A stretch of 64,000 nt of DNA from Candidatus Woesearchaeota archaeon (GCA_018692915.1 JABHLG010000009.1:9332-73331); one strand, 5' to 3'; counted from the stretch's first letter, positions 37,401-47,660 are shown. A program made the numbers and translations. Notes: generated from the sequence alone by a model not told the origin.

Positions 37401-39311
37401 GTGAAATTAAGTCCTACTTATTGGGAAGCAGGAAGAGCAGGTAATGATCAACATATTACTTCTATAGGCAACATCGGAATTGGAACTCATGCAGGAAAAG
37501 ACCAACTCCAAGAATTAAAAGCTAAGATTTTCAAAGGTGCTGGTGCTGTTGAACTTGGTTTTATGGGCCGTGGAAAGGGTGTAAAAGGTCAAGGAAACAC
37601 TACTCCTGGAATGCATGGTAAAGAAGAACGAGAAGCAATGCGCGACCTTGCAAAAGTAAATAAAGTTCGGTTATCAACACATGCGTCAGTTGGTGCAGGT
37701 TCATGGTCAGGTTTTCACGAAAACAAATTTGATGAAAATGCACGAGAACAAAATATTTTCGAAGGTAAACGAGCAATTGAATTTGCAGCAGATGTAGCAG
37801 AGGGCGGACCAATTGTTATTCATACAGGTGAATTTCCAAGAGGTATTACAGAAGTTCCTAATGGTGATGATAACTTTCGAACATTAATAAAAGAAAGTGG
37901 TCAGCAAACTCATTATCTTATGGATAAAAAAACAGGACAGTTAATCACAGCAGTTAGAGAAGACCAAGTAAATTTCGTGCCTGAATATGATGTAACAACA
38001 AATGAAAAAGACCAGTGGGGTAAAGAAATAAAACATATTAAATGGAAAGATAAACCAGGTGGAGAATTTAATATTATTAAACATAATTGGGCACATTATA
38101 AAGAAGAAGCTAAGAAAAATGATAGAGAAGATTATAAAAAATTCCAAAACCCTAACGATAAAAATTATGACCCTTCAAAATCAGCAGATCCATCTATACT
38201 TTTCTATTATGAAAATCTTGAAGCTAAACGATTACAAGCTCAAGGACAAGCAGATGAGTATGAATTAATGTATCGACGGCACGCAGATGATAGAGAAAAA
38301 ATCAAAAAAGCAGTAGATTATTGGGAAAAAAAATGGAAAGAAATACCTAAAGAAGATAGATGGAAACATATGGAAGCAATACCTATCGAAGGTAAAGGAT
38401 TAGTAGAACCACATGTTCGTAACAGACTTGAGCACCTTAAAAGAATGCTTGAAGACACTGAAAAGCAAATGAGTTATGGAAAAGAAGTCGCAGCTAGTTC
38501 ACGTGCTAATGAGCAAGAAATTAAAGACCAGCAAAAGAGAGTTACGTCAATTCCAGATTATGGTTTAAAAAAGACTGCAGATTCTATCGCCACAATGGCT
38601 ATTTATGCTGCTGAAGAACAGCAAAAGAAAAATCTAAAACGTGATATGTTTATAGCTCCTGAAAATATTTTTCCAGAAATGGGTTATGGTTCCCATCCTG
38701 ACGAACTTAAAAAAATTGTTCAAGACTCACGTAAAGAAATGGTTAAAAAACTAACAGATCCATTTATTGAAAGAAATGGTGAAAAAATCAAAAATCCAGA
38801 TTTCCATGCAAACCTTAGTGAAAGTAAAGCAAAAGAAATGGCTGCGCGACACATTAAAGCAACTTTTGATATTGGGCATGCAAATACTTGGCAAAAATAC
38901 TTTAAAGGCAAGCCAAAAGAATTCAAAAAATGGCTTATTGATCAAGTATCTGAACTAAACAAGGAAGGAGTTCTTGGTCACGTGCACGTTACAGATAATT
39001 TTGGTTATTATGATGAGCATTTATCTCCAGGGCAAGGTAATGTTCCTGTTGAGGAGTTTGTTAAGCAATTAAAAAAATCTGGATATAAAGGTCAAATTAC
39101 AGTTGAAACTGCAGAGCAGGACTACAAAGCAATGACTGAAATGTGGAGAACTGTAAACAGTCCCGTTTATAAAATCGGTGGCGGATGGCAAGACTGGGCA
39201 GGTATTGAGCAAGGATACTTTGGTAAAACTCGCTCACCTAATTTCTTATTTGGTCCAATTGCTCCAGACCCAAAAACATGGACTCTTTGGTCAGAAGTCC
39301 CGATGGAATAA
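37401..39311 (+). CDS. xylose-isomerase-like TIM-barrel (sugar phosphate isomerase/epimerase / endonuclease IV superfamily) protein with about 330-aa charged insertion
   Basis: N-terminal barrel half GAVELGFMGRGKG ... RLSTHAS ... IVIHTGE. C-terminal half FDIGHANTW ... GHVHVTDNFGYYDEHLSPGQGNVPVEEFVKQLKKSGYKGQITVE. GTG start with ggagg SD at -12. Confidence 0.6.
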   Translation: MKLSPTYWEAGRAGNDQHITSIGNIGIGTHAGKDQLQELKAKIFKGAGAVELGFMGRGKGVKGQGNTTPGMHGKEEREAMRDLAKVNKVRLSTHASVGAGSWSGFHENKFDENAREQNIFEGKRAIEFAADVAEGGPIVIHTGEFPRGITEVPNGDDNFRTLIKESGQQTHYLMDKKTGQLITAVREDQVNFVPEYDVTTNEKDQWGKEIKHIKWKDKPGGEFNIIKHNWAHYKEEAKKNDREDYKKFQNPNDKNYDPSKSADPSILFYYENLEAKRLQAQGQADEYELMYRRHADDREKIKKAVDYWEKKWKEIPKEDRWKHMEAIPIEGKGLVEPHVRNRLEHLKRMLEDTEKQMSYGKEVAASSRANEQEIKDQQKRVTSIPDYGLKKTADSIATMAIYAAEEQQKKNLKRDMFIAPENIFPEMGYGSHPDELKKIVQDSRKEMVKKLTDPFIERNGEKIKNPDFHANLSESKAKEMAARHIKATFDIGHANTWQKYFKGKPKEFKKWLIDQVSELNKEGVLGHVHVTDNFGYYDEHLSPGQGNVPVEEFVKQLKKSGYKGQITVETAEQDYKAMTEMWRTVNSPVYKIGGGWQDWAGIEQGYFGKTRSPNFLFGPIAPDPKTWTLWSEVPME

Positions 39312-39385
39312 AGAGTAGTTTTGCTAATAGAATATTTTAATTAGGAAGTAGTCACTAAAATATTATATATAATTCAATATATATA

Positions 39386-40219
39386 TTGAATACTATGAAA
39401 TTTAAAGTTAGACATAATAAGGGCCATTTAAATTATAATAAAAAATATCCAAAAAACGAAATAATAATTGCTAGGAAACTAGCAAAGCGACTTTACAAAG
39501 AAATGGGTGAGTTTATTGTTGCTATGTCTTTATTTGGCTCTTCAGCACGTGGCGGGCATAAAAAACATGACATTGATGTATTAGTTATAATTGATGATGT
39601 TCATGTTAAATTAACGCGCGAGCTAATTGAAACATATCGCATAATTCTTGCAAAAGCTGTTTCAAATATAGACCCAAAGCGACTTCATATTCAAACTATG
39701 GCTTGGACATCTTTTTGGGAGTATGTTAGAGTTGGAGACCCTATTGCAATAAACATATTACGAGATAGTATTTCATTAATTGATATTGGATTCTTTGACC
39801 CACTTCAAACACTTTTATTCCAAGGCAGAATAAGACCTAGTGAAGAAAGCATTTGGACATATTTTTCACTAGCACCTACATCATTACACAGTTCAAAAAT
39901 GCACATTAATGCAGCACTTTTAGACCTTTATTGGGCAGCAATTGATGCAGCACATGCTGCTCTTATGAGTATTGGTGAAATTCCACCTAGCCCCGCACAT
40001 GTTTCTGACATGATACAAAAAAAATTAGTTGTGCCTGGATTAGTTCCTGCACGCTGTGCAACTGTAATGAAACACATGTATATTATATCTAAAAAAATCA
40101 CTCACGGTGAATATTCTCATTTAGAAGGTGACGATTATGATAAATACCAGCGCCATGTTCAGAAATTTATAAAAGACATGGAGAAAGTCATTAAACATAA
40201 AATTAATAAGAAATTATAA
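39386..40219 (+). CDS. Pol-beta-type nucleotidyltransferase domain fused to a helical HEPN-like domain (277 aa)
   Basis: LFGSSARGGHKKHDIDVLVIIDD is the GS-x(n)-DxD NTase motif. It is paralogous to the core of the 41299 gene (shared LRD.I.L.D.G.F.P...L..G.I.PS.E.I). Confidence 0.65.
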   Translation: MNTMKFKVRHNKGHLNYNKKYPKNEIIIARKLAKRLYKEMGEFIVAMSLFGSSARGGHKKHDIDVLVIIDDVHVKLTRELIETYRIILAKAVSNIDPKRLHIQTMAWTSFWEYVRVGDPIAINILRDSISLIDIGFFDPLQTLLFQGRIRPSEESIWTYFSLAPTSLHSSKMHINAALLDLYWAAIDAAHAALMSIGEIPPSPAHVSDMIQKKLVVPGLVPARCATVMKHMYIISKKITHGEYSHLEGDDYDKYQRHVQKFIKDMEKVIKHKINKKL

Positions 40220-40227
40220 AATTCCTA

Positions 40228-40250
40228 CGTTGGCCGCAACGTGTGTTGCG
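40228..40250. terminator. GC-rich overlapping hairpins (cgttggccgcaacg / cgcaac-gtgt-gttgcg) between convergent genes
   Basis: Seen directly in the sequence. Candidate bidirectional terminator. Confidence 0.35.
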
Positions 40251-40289
40251 AACCAGGCAGGAACCTTAAGTAAAATTTAGTTAAAAAGT

Positions 40290-41228
40290 CTAAAATAGAC
40301 CTTTTAACATGTTGTTTTGTGCTAACAGAACAGTAGCTTGTGTTACTGCGCCTCTGTTATTGTGTAGCTTTTTACCAGTTAATTGTTTGTATATATCTTT
40401 AATTAAAGTGTGCACAGCTGTTACTTCAGCAGGCTCTTCTCTAATTTCAGAGTCAGCTCTATTCTTAACAACTTTCTGCATGTATCTTCGTGCTTGAGAA
40501 GCTTCTTGCTCATTTTCTTCAATTGAATATGTTCCTTCAGCCATACTTTCTGCAGTGCTATTAAGATCTAAACCTGTTATAGAATCTAAAAGGCTTTGAT
40601 AAGTTGCAAATGTATCTGCATATTCATCAGTATCTGTTGATCCTCTAAGAATCGCTTCTTGTGCAGGTGTAAGTGTAAGATGAGATGCAATTCCAAGTTC
40701 AGTTTGGCCTTTAATCAGGTCAACTAAAACTTCTTGTGTGTGTGTTCCTGTGGCATCGATACCTATTGGATTTCCCATAGTATCTTTTTTAATTAAATCT
40801 TTTGCTCTAACTACATTCATAAAATCATTTTCATAGACTTTACTTGTAAGTTTTCTTGACTGGTCAGAATTATAAATTCTTTCCAATGCTTTTTTTCCGT
40901 CAAATGGCATTTTATTATTCCTCGTTTCTACTAAAGAGTTAATATAATCGTTTAAAAAGCTTTCGGTTTGTTCTAAAAAGTAATTATTTGCTAAATTTTC
41001 ATATCCTGACCATTTTGCGCCAGCTTTTGTTCCAGGCGCGCGAGGAAAACCAAATCGCAGCGATCCATCATTATCTTGTCTAATTATGCTCTCACCATTT
41101 TCGACATCAAAAAACGCTTCACTAAGTAGTTTGTAATGCTCATTTTCATCCTTAGCTCTTGGATGTGGTTTGATCAGCTTATCTTCAATATATATCTTTA
41201 AGTCTGCAGGTAATTCCTTTGAAACCAT
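40290..41228 (-). CDS. hypothetical protein (312 aa)
   Basis: ORF track entry with no recognised domain. It lies between the two NTase paralogues. Confidence 0.55.
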   Translation of the reverse strand: MVSKELPADLKIYIEDKLIKPHPRAKDENEHYKLLSEAFFDVENGESIIRQDNDGSLRFGFPRAPGTKAGAKWSGYENLANNYFLEQTESFLNDYINSLVETRNNKMPFDGKKALERIYNSDQSRKLTSKVYENDFMNVVRAKDLIKKDTMGNPIGIDATGTHTQEVLVDLIKGQTELGIASHLTLTPAQEAILRGSTDTDEYADTFATYQSLLDSITGLDLNSTAESMAEGTYSIEENEQEASQARRYMQKVVKNRADSEIREEPAEVTAVHTLIKDIYKQLTGKKLHNNRGAVTQATVLLAQNNMLKGLF

Positions 41229-41298
41229 TCGATAATAACACCTAAAGACTTAAAAGAGTATCCAAAAGCTTTATATTTATTGTGTTTCAAGATTTATA

Positions 41299-43206
41299 AT
41301 GCCAGAACCAACATACCTACAAAAAGAGCAACCAAAATATCAAAATCAAGATAATTCTTCAAATGTTAAAATTGATGATATAGAACTTTTAAAGAAAAAA
41401 GCAGCTGCACAAGCTGCAAAAAAAGAGCAAGAAAAACGAGAATTTGCAGAAAAAATCAAAGTTTTAATGAGTGACACTGCAAAAAAAGCTACTCCTTTCA
41501 AAAAAGAAATTCTTGGTAAACACAAACAACGACTAATTGGTATTATTATTATGCCTCCAAAAGCAGACAAAAAACTTGAAACAAAGGCAGGCAAGCTTAA
41601 TGATAAATTAGATATTTTATGTTTATTAGAATTTAAAGATATTTCAGATATCAAAAAGAAAATTGAAAAGAAACAAGAAATTGAAAAGAAAATCAAAGAC
41701 CTTGCAAAGAAAAAATTACCTGGTCATGATGTTAATGTTGTATTATTAGATGAAATATGGGATATGTGTCTAAAAGGAAAGCACGACATCCTTAATATTC
41801 TATCAATAGGTATGCCGCTTTACGATAGTGGTTGGATAGGCGCACTTAGAATGACTGAAATCCACAAAATGAAAGTGCTTCAGAAATTTGAAAAATATGT
41901 TATATGTTATGCTCTTGCAGGTTCTATGGTGCGTGGAGATGCTACAGAAACATCTGACGTAGATGGATTTATTGTTATTGATGATACAGATGTAACTCGA
42001 ATGACTTCTGCTGAATTAAAAAATAGACTTATGGGAATTATTTGGGGATATGCTGGAGAAGCTGCTTTAGCTGCAGGTGTTAAAAACAAGTTAGAAGTTC
42101 AAGTTTATGTTCTAAGCGACATGTGGGACTCAATAAAAAACGCTAACCCGGTCATAGTTACATTATTAAGAGATGGAATTCCATTATATGATAGAGGAAT
42201 GTTCACTCCGTGGAAAATGCTTCTTAAGAAAGGTAAAATTAAACCAAGCCCTGAAGCAATTACAAATTATATGAAATCAGGTGGTCAGATACTTGATAGA
42301 ATCAAAGCAAAATTTAAAGAAATGTCTATTGAGGACTTTTTCTGGGCAACATGCACACCGTCTCAAGGTGCACTTATGGTTATGGGTGTAGCACCACCTG
42401 CACACAAAGAAGTTGCTGCAGCACTTAGAGAACACTTTGTAAAAAACGGGTTACTTGAAGACAAATATGTAAAAATGTGGGAACGAATCTTCAAAGTGCG
42501 AAAGGATTTTGAGCACGGACGTAGAAAAGACATTGACGCAAAGGAAATTGCTTCACTTGTAAATGATGTTCAATTATATTTAAAGAGAATTGATAAATTA
42601 TTCATAGAAGTTGAAAAAAGAGTTATTTGTGATGAAATGAAGGTCCTTTACAACAAAACTGTTGAGGATTGCTTAGCTGCAGTTTCAATGGTTGGAAAGA
42701 AAGCTACAAAGAAAGATGTTTTTAAGAAATTCAAAGATGAGCTTGTTGATAAACAACTTGCATCAGAGCGATATAATGACCTTGTTAAAAGAATTGAAGA
42801 ACTAAGCAAATCATGTAAAGCAAGTAGAGAAGAAATTGCTTCACTTAGTTTTGAGCAAGATAAGCAAGCAAGAGATGTTTTTAATTTAATTCGAGCTGAG
42901 CATGGCCAGAAAATTGAGAAATTCAAAGTCTCAGCACAATATAATAAAGGAAAAGACACAGCAGCTATATGGTTATTCACAAAAGATGCTTACATAATTA
43001 GAGATGTATCTGATCCAAACACTGCAATTATGAGTTATAAAATTTCATCTAATGGTTCTTTAACTGATAAAAAAGATGCTAAATTATCTGATGTTGAAAA
43101 GAAACTTCAGACTTTTTCAGGCACACCAACAACAATGACAAAACAAACAATTGATTGTCTTAAAGATATTCTCTCAGATGATGTTAAGATTGTCATTGGA
43201 GCCTAG
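41299..43206 (+). CDS. large nucleotidyltransferase + HEPN-like protein with K/E-rich N-terminus and C-terminal coiled-coil extension (635 aa)
   Basis: ALAGSMVRGDATETSDVDGFIVIDDTD NTase motif. The central region is homologous to the 39386 protein. Confidence 0.65.
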   Translation: MPEPTYLQKEQPKYQNQDNSSNVKIDDIELLKKKAAAQAAKKEQEKREFAEKIKVLMSDTAKKATPFKKEILGKHKQRLIGIIIMPPKADKKLETKAGKLNDKLDILCLLEFKDISDIKKKIEKKQEIEKKIKDLAKKKLPGHDVNVVLLDEIWDMCLKGKHDILNILSIGMPLYDSGWIGALRMTEIHKMKVLQKFEKYVICYALAGSMVRGDATETSDVDGFIVIDDTDVTRMTSAELKNRLMGIIWGYAGEAALAAGVKNKLEVQVYVLSDMWDSIKNANPVIVTLLRDGIPLYDRGMFTPWKMLLKKGKIKPSPEAITNYMKSGGQILDRIKAKFKEMSIEDFFWATCTPSQGALMVMGVAPPAHKEVAAALREHFVKNGLLEDKYVKMWERIFKVRKDFEHGRRKDIDAKEIASLVNDVQLYLKRIDKLFIEVEKRVICDEMKVLYNKTVEDCLAAVSMVGKKATKKDVFKKFKDELVDKQLASERYNDLVKRIEELSKSCKASREEIASLSFEQDKQARDVFNLIRAEHGQKIEKFKVSAQYNKGKDTAAIWLFTKDAYIIRDVSDPNTAIMSYKISSNGSLTDKKDAKLSDVEKKLQTFSGTPTTMTKQTIDCLKDILSDDVKIVIGA

Positions 43207-43239
43207 ATTCCGATAATCTTTTAAACTAGTTTTATTGGT

Positions 43240-43509
43240 TTGATTATAATGAAAGGAATAATAATGAACTATCGTGGTTCACATCATACACAGCGTCCAA
43301 AGCATATGATTCTTCATCCAGAAGGCTCAGCTAGCAAAGCAGATGCTGAAAAATTTGTAGGTAAGAAAGCTACTTGGACAACTAAATCTGATAAGAAAAT
43401 CACAGGTATAATCACAGCACCACATGGTGCAAAAGGCGCTGTTCGTGTTAGATTCGATGAAAAGGGCTTACCAGGTCAATCACTTGGAACTCAAATCGAA
43501 ATTGAATGA
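43240..43509 (+). CDS. rpl35ae: 50S ribosomal protein L35Ae
   Basis: HGAKGAVRVRFDEKGLPGQSLGTQIEI matches the L35Ae C-terminus. The start may be at an internal Met (43249 or 43264). Confidence 0.75.
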   Translation: MIIMKGIIMNYRGSHHTQRPKHMILHPEGSASKADAEKFVGKKATWTTKSDKKITGIITAPHGAKGAVRVRFDEKGLPGQSLGTQIEIE

Positions 43510-43563
43510 TTTTTTCTAGAATCGCAACATATTTAAACAACTTATGTTACTCATAAGTGAATA

Positions 43564-44103
43564 ATGGGAAACTATGTAAGTAATTGTAATGATTGCGCTA
43601 CAAGCTATAGTTGCAAAGGACCTAGTGGATCTGAGAGCTCTTTTCAGACAAGTTACTCTGCTTCTATACAAAATATAGGTGATGATAATGCCAATGTTCA
43701 AATGTCTTATTTAGATCAACAGCAAGAAGGAACAAATGCTTCTGCGAATGTTCAAGTTGATTACCTTAAACCTGAATCACAAGATAAGGACTCACTTCAA
43801 AAAGGGTACTTAATTGGTGAAATAAATAAAAATAAAGAAGATGAAGAAAAAGACAAAGAAAATGTTTTTTTCAAGCACCATGATAGTTTAGGTGAAAAAC
43901 TAACTCAAAAGGAAGATACTAACGCAACAGTTAGTTTTTCAGTTGATTCAACTCAAAGCAATGTTCGAATGGAAGATATATTAAATCCTGATAATAGAGC
44001 AAAACAAATAGTTAATGAACATAACAAACTTGGAGATGCAGTTCAAACAGGTGTTGGAAAAGAATTTAAAGATATCAACACTATCGGCACAAGACTTGAT
44101 TAA
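43564..44103 (+). CDS. hypothetical disordered protein (179 aa)
   Basis: ORF track entry. N-terminus MGNYVSNCNDC, polar and low complexity. Confidence 0.4.
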   Translation: MGNYVSNCNDCATSYSCKGPSGSESSFQTSYSASIQNIGDDNANVQMSYLDQQQEGTNASANVQVDYLKPESQDKDSLQKGYLIGEINKNKEDEEKDKENVFFKHHDSLGEKLTQKEDTNATVSFSVDSTQSNVRMEDILNPDNRAKQIVNEHNKLGDAVQTGVGKEFKDINTIGTRLD

Positions 44104-44144
44104 TTTTACTTATTTTATTCCAATAAAATAAACTTATTCGAAGC

Positions 44145-44453
44145 TTATCTTTTAGTAAAGAATTCGTGCATTGGGTATTTCATACCTGTTGCAGGAGATA
44201 TTTTAAAAATTTGACCAACTTTTCCTTCATGGACGTTGAATCTTGTGAAAACTTTTCCACTTGAAAGCTTTAAGAAATAAATTCCGTCAGGCCAATTTCT
44301 TATCCGGTCATTCATAGCCTGTTTAAATGTTCTTTCGGTTTTGACGTCTTTTTTATCAATATAGACGTATTTCTGCTTGAGATATGGTGCGGCATAGTTC
44401 TTTCTAACACGAATTACTGACAATTGATCTTCGAATTTTGGTCGCTGTACCAT
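44145..44453 (-). CDS. hypothetical basic protein (102 aa)
   Basis: ORF track entry. Confidence 0.45.
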   Translation of the reverse strand: MVQRPKFEDQLSVIRVRKNYAAPYLKQKYVYIDKKDVKTERTFKQAMNDRIRNWPDGIYFLKLSSGKVFTRFNVHEGKVGQIFKISPATGMKYPMHEFFTKR

Positions 44454-44575
44454 AGTTTCATTAATATTATATCTTGCTTTGTTTATATAGTTAAGTAGCG
44501 CCTTATTAATGATGCTAGTACCTAACTACCTTTGAGTAAACAAAAGTATTATAAAAGGTTTTCGTTAATTTTGCA

Positions 44576-45037
44576 ATGATAAATGTTAGTAAAACGCAGT
44601 TAGAGAACAAAAATTATAAATTAAAATTTACAGATGCTCCAGAACAAGATTTTAGCACACGTTTATATTATCATACTAAAAATCATAAATGGTACATATT
44701 ATTAGATTTTGAAGATTTACCAAAAAACGCCCACTTTGAAGGACTTAATGAAAAAACAAATAAATTAGGTATTAATTTTAGATTAGGTTTCAAAAAAAAT
44801 ACAACAAATAATATAGATTGCACAATAGAATTAAAAGATATGATATTTTTTGAAAACAAAAACCAAGATTATCTTTTAGGTAATATATTTTCTACACATA
44901 TAAAAAGTCAACAATATCAACAAAAACCAAAGCCACGTCAAGTTGCACCTAAATTTTTTGTCGATGATGCTAAAGAAAAAAAATTAAAAACTAGTTTAAA
45001 TGAAGAAATTGGTGAAGGCTTTACATTCTACCAATAG
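44576..45037 (+). CDS. hypothetical protein (153 aa)
   Basis: ORF track entry. Confidence 0.4.
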   Translation: MINVSKTQLENKNYKLKFTDAPEQDFSTRLYYHTKNHKWYILLDFEDLPKNAHFEGLNEKTNKLGINFRLGFKKNTTNNIDCTIELKDMIFFENKNQDYLLGNIFSTHIKSQQYQQKPKPRQVAPKFFVDDAKEKKLKTSLNEEIGEGFTFYQ

Positions 45038-45066
45038 GCTATTAAACTTCTTTAGAAAAAAATAAT

Positions 45067-46173
45067 ATGAAATCTCAGACAATTCAAGAAGGAAAAATTC
45101 AGTTAAAAGTTCCTAAAGGATATAAACTAGACAGCAAGATGCCGGTTTTTTATAATCCTATTCAGGTGCTTAATCGAGATATATCTATCCTACTTTTGAA
45201 ATCAATTGACATAACAGAACGAACTTTGCGTGTTTTAGACTTGCTAGCTGCATCGGGAGCTAGAGGGTTAAGAATTAAAAAAGAGGTTAAAAAATGTGAT
45301 GTAACTTTGAATGATTATAGCAAAGAAGCTTGCAAATTAATTAAATATAACGCTAAATTAAATAAGGTGAAGGTTAAAACTGAGTGCAAGCCTGCAAATG
45401 TTCTGCTTTCCGAACTAAACACATGGGACTATATTGATTTGGATCCATTTGGAACTCCAGTTCCCTTCTTAGATGATGCAATCAAGCGGATTTCGCCGCA
45501 CGGAATCATAGGCATAACTGCAACAGATACTTCTGCGCTTTGTGGTGCTGCTGTAAAAGCTTGTCTGCGAAAATATGGCTCAAAACCTTTACGCAACGAG
45601 TTTATGCATGAAACTGCTGTGCGAATTCTAATCAAAAAAGTTCAGGAAGTTGCTGCACAATACGACACTGCACTCACACCTATTTTTTCACATAGCTCAA
45701 ATCATTATGTTCGTGTTTATTTTCAGAAAGCTAATTCTGCTAAGAAAGCTGATGAAATTCTAAAACATCATGGCTATATTCTCTATTGCCCAAAATGCTG
45801 CTATAGAAAAACTTCAACTAATTTACTATCTGAGTCAAATAAATGTAAATGCAATGGAAAATTAGAACCAATTGGCCCTGTTTGGCTAGGAAAACTATGG
45901 GACCGAGCTCTTGTTAAGAAAATGGTTCAAAATATCAACACCGAAGCTGAAAAGAAGGGTAAAACTATAACTTCCATACAAACAAATAAATTAATTAGAG
46001 AGATTTATGAAGAATCAGCAATTCCAACAGTTGGTTTTTATGACATTCATACTCTTGCTAAGAAAAATAAATGGAAACAAGTCCCTAAAATGCAAGATAT
46101 TTTTAATAAAACCAAAGGAACTCGAACTCATTTCAGATTAACTGGAATCCGAACTAAAAAAATTAATGTCTAA
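45067..46173 (+). CDS. trm1: tRNA (guanine26-N2)-dimethyltransferase Trm1
   Basis: FYNPIQVLNRDISIL, the SAM-binding LDLLAASGARGLR, and a C-terminal Cys cluster. Confidence 0.85.
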   Translation: MKSQTIQEGKIQLKVPKGYKLDSKMPVFYNPIQVLNRDISILLLKSIDITERTLRVLDLLAASGARGLRIKKEVKKCDVTLNDYSKEACKLIKYNAKLNKVKVKTECKPANVLLSELNTWDYIDLDPFGTPVPFLDDAIKRISPHGIIGITATDTSALCGAAVKACLRKYGSKPLRNEFMHETAVRILIKKVQEVAAQYDTALTPIFSHSSNHYVRVYFQKANSAKKADEILKHHGYILYCPKCCYRKTSTNLLSESNKCKCNGKLEPIGPVWLGKLWDRALVKKMVQNINTEAEKKGKTITSIQTNKLIREIYEESAIPTVGFYDIHTLAKKNKWKQVPKMQDIFNKTKGTRTHFRLTGIRTKKINV

Positions 46174-46483
46174 TAACTCCACTTAGAAATACTGCTTTTC
46201 TATCTACATTACGTAAATCTTGATATAAATCTCTATATGCTCTATCTGCTTCAATTTCAGCATTAGCTTTTGCTTCTAATGCATGTTCTTTAGCGATTCT
46301 TGCTCTTACTTCAGATATTTTCATACCATTTGGAAGATATTCATTATTCGCTAAAGATTCTGCTATAATATCATTTTCCAAGCACTCAGCGTCTCTGCAT
46401 TTAGAAATATACTCATCGCAGAAATTTCTAATATACTGGACAACAGGTTCAAATCTCAATCGAAATCTTGTTTCAAATCTCAT
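46163..46483 (-). CDS. hypothetical protein (106 aa)
   Basis: ORF track entry. Confidence 0.4.
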   Translation of the reverse strand: MRFETRFRLRFEPVVQYIRNFCDEYISKCRDAECLENDIIAESLANNEYLPNGMKISEVRARIAKEHALEAKANAEIEADRAYRDLYQDLRNVDRKAVFLSGVIRH

Positions 46484-46646
46484 CTTTATGTTCTATTGAA
46501 AACACTTCTTCAATTGGTAAATCAAATAAAAGTTCTACCTTTATTTTCATAAGCTCAGCCAGATCATCTGCTCGATCAGGAGCTCTTGCAGTATAATTTA
46601 CAATGCGATTAATTGCATATTGAGTATTTTCAGAAGGTTCTATCAT
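46473..46646 (-). CDS. possible small ORF (57 aa) overlapping the start of the downstream gene
   Basis: Hand-translated MIEPSENTQYAINRIVNYTARAPDRADDLAELMKIKVELLFDLPIEEVFSIEHKDEI. Below the track cutoff, with coding-like composition. Confidence 0.2.
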   Translation of the reverse strand: MIEPSENTQYAINRIVNYTARAPDRADDLAELMKIKVELLFDLPIEEVFSIEHKDEI

Positions 46647-46670
46647 TTTAAAATTAATTTGTTCTACGAT

Positions 46671-47660
46671 TTATTCCTCAGTTTCTTCTTCAACAACTTC
46701 ACGTGATTTTTTTGCAGCTTCAATCATACTGTCAAGGTTTAATTTTTCAATCATTTCCTTGTAACGGTTTCTGATTGTAACTTCTGTAACTCCAACAACA
46801 TCTGCGATTTCTCGCTGTGTTCGTTTTTCACCAGTCATTAAAGATGCTACATATAAAGCAGCGGCAGCAAGACCTGTTGGACCTCTACCTGAAGTCAATT
46901 CTGAGTTTTGTGCAATGTTTAGAATATCAATAGCTTTTGTTTGAGTTTCTGCTGAGAATTTTAGCTTGTTTGCGAATTTTGGAATATAGTCAATTGGTCC
47001 ACTTGGAAGCATTCGAATTCTTAATTCTCTTGCAATAAATCTGTAAGTCTTTCCTACATCTCTTTTATTTGTATTTGTAATATTACAAACTTCATTTAGA
47101 GACCTTGGTAAATTAAATAATCGAGCAGCAATGTAAACTGCGCCTACAACAACAGATTCCATTGATCGTCCTCGAACAAGTCCTTTTGTTACAGCCATTC
47201 TATAAATTCTAGCTGCTTCTTCTTCAATTGCTGGAGGAACGTTTAGTAATGAAGAAACTCTTCGAAGTTCTACAAGAGCGTATTTTAAATTTCGCTCAAG
47301 AGATGTTGAGGAACGTGAGTGCCATTTTTTAAGTCGCATAAACTTTCTTCGGTCAGAGCCTTTCAGACCATAAACATCTGCAGCATCTCCGATTTCAGTT
47401 CCTGTTCCCATGTCGTGTTTTGCAAAGCTTGTTGGGGAACCAGCTCTTCGCTTTGATTCACCTTCTCCACCAAATTCACGCCATTCTTGACTTATGTCAA
47501 TCTCATTTTCATCAACAACAAGTCCACAACTTTTACAAATAACTTCTCCCCTTTTTTCGTCAAGGGTTAGATTAATGCTCTGACATTCAGGGCATTTTTT
47601 AATAAAACCAGCTTTCGCCTTTGATTGATCTTTCACATTTGGCAAATTTATCGCCTTCAT
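46671..47660 (-). CDS. tfb: transcription initiation factor IIB (TFB)
   Basis: N-terminal Zn ribbon CPECQS ... CKSCGLVV, a B-reader, and two cyclin repeats. Confidence 0.95.
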   Translation of the reverse strand: MKAINLPNVKDQSKAKAGFIKKCPECQSINLTLDEKRGEVICKSCGLVVDENEIDISQEWREFGGEGESKRRAGSPTSFAKHDMGTGTEIGDAADVYGLKGSDRRKFMRLKKWHSRSSTSLERNLKYALVELRRVSSLLNVPPAIEEEAARIYRMAVTKGLVRGRSMESVVVGAVYIAARLFNLPRSLNEVCNITNTNKRDVGKTYRFIARELRIRMLPSGPIDYIPKFANKLKFSAETQTKAIDILNIAQNSELTSGRGPTGLAAAALYVASLMTGEKRTQREIADVVGVTEVTIRNRYKEMIEKLNLDSMIEAAKKSREVVEEETEE

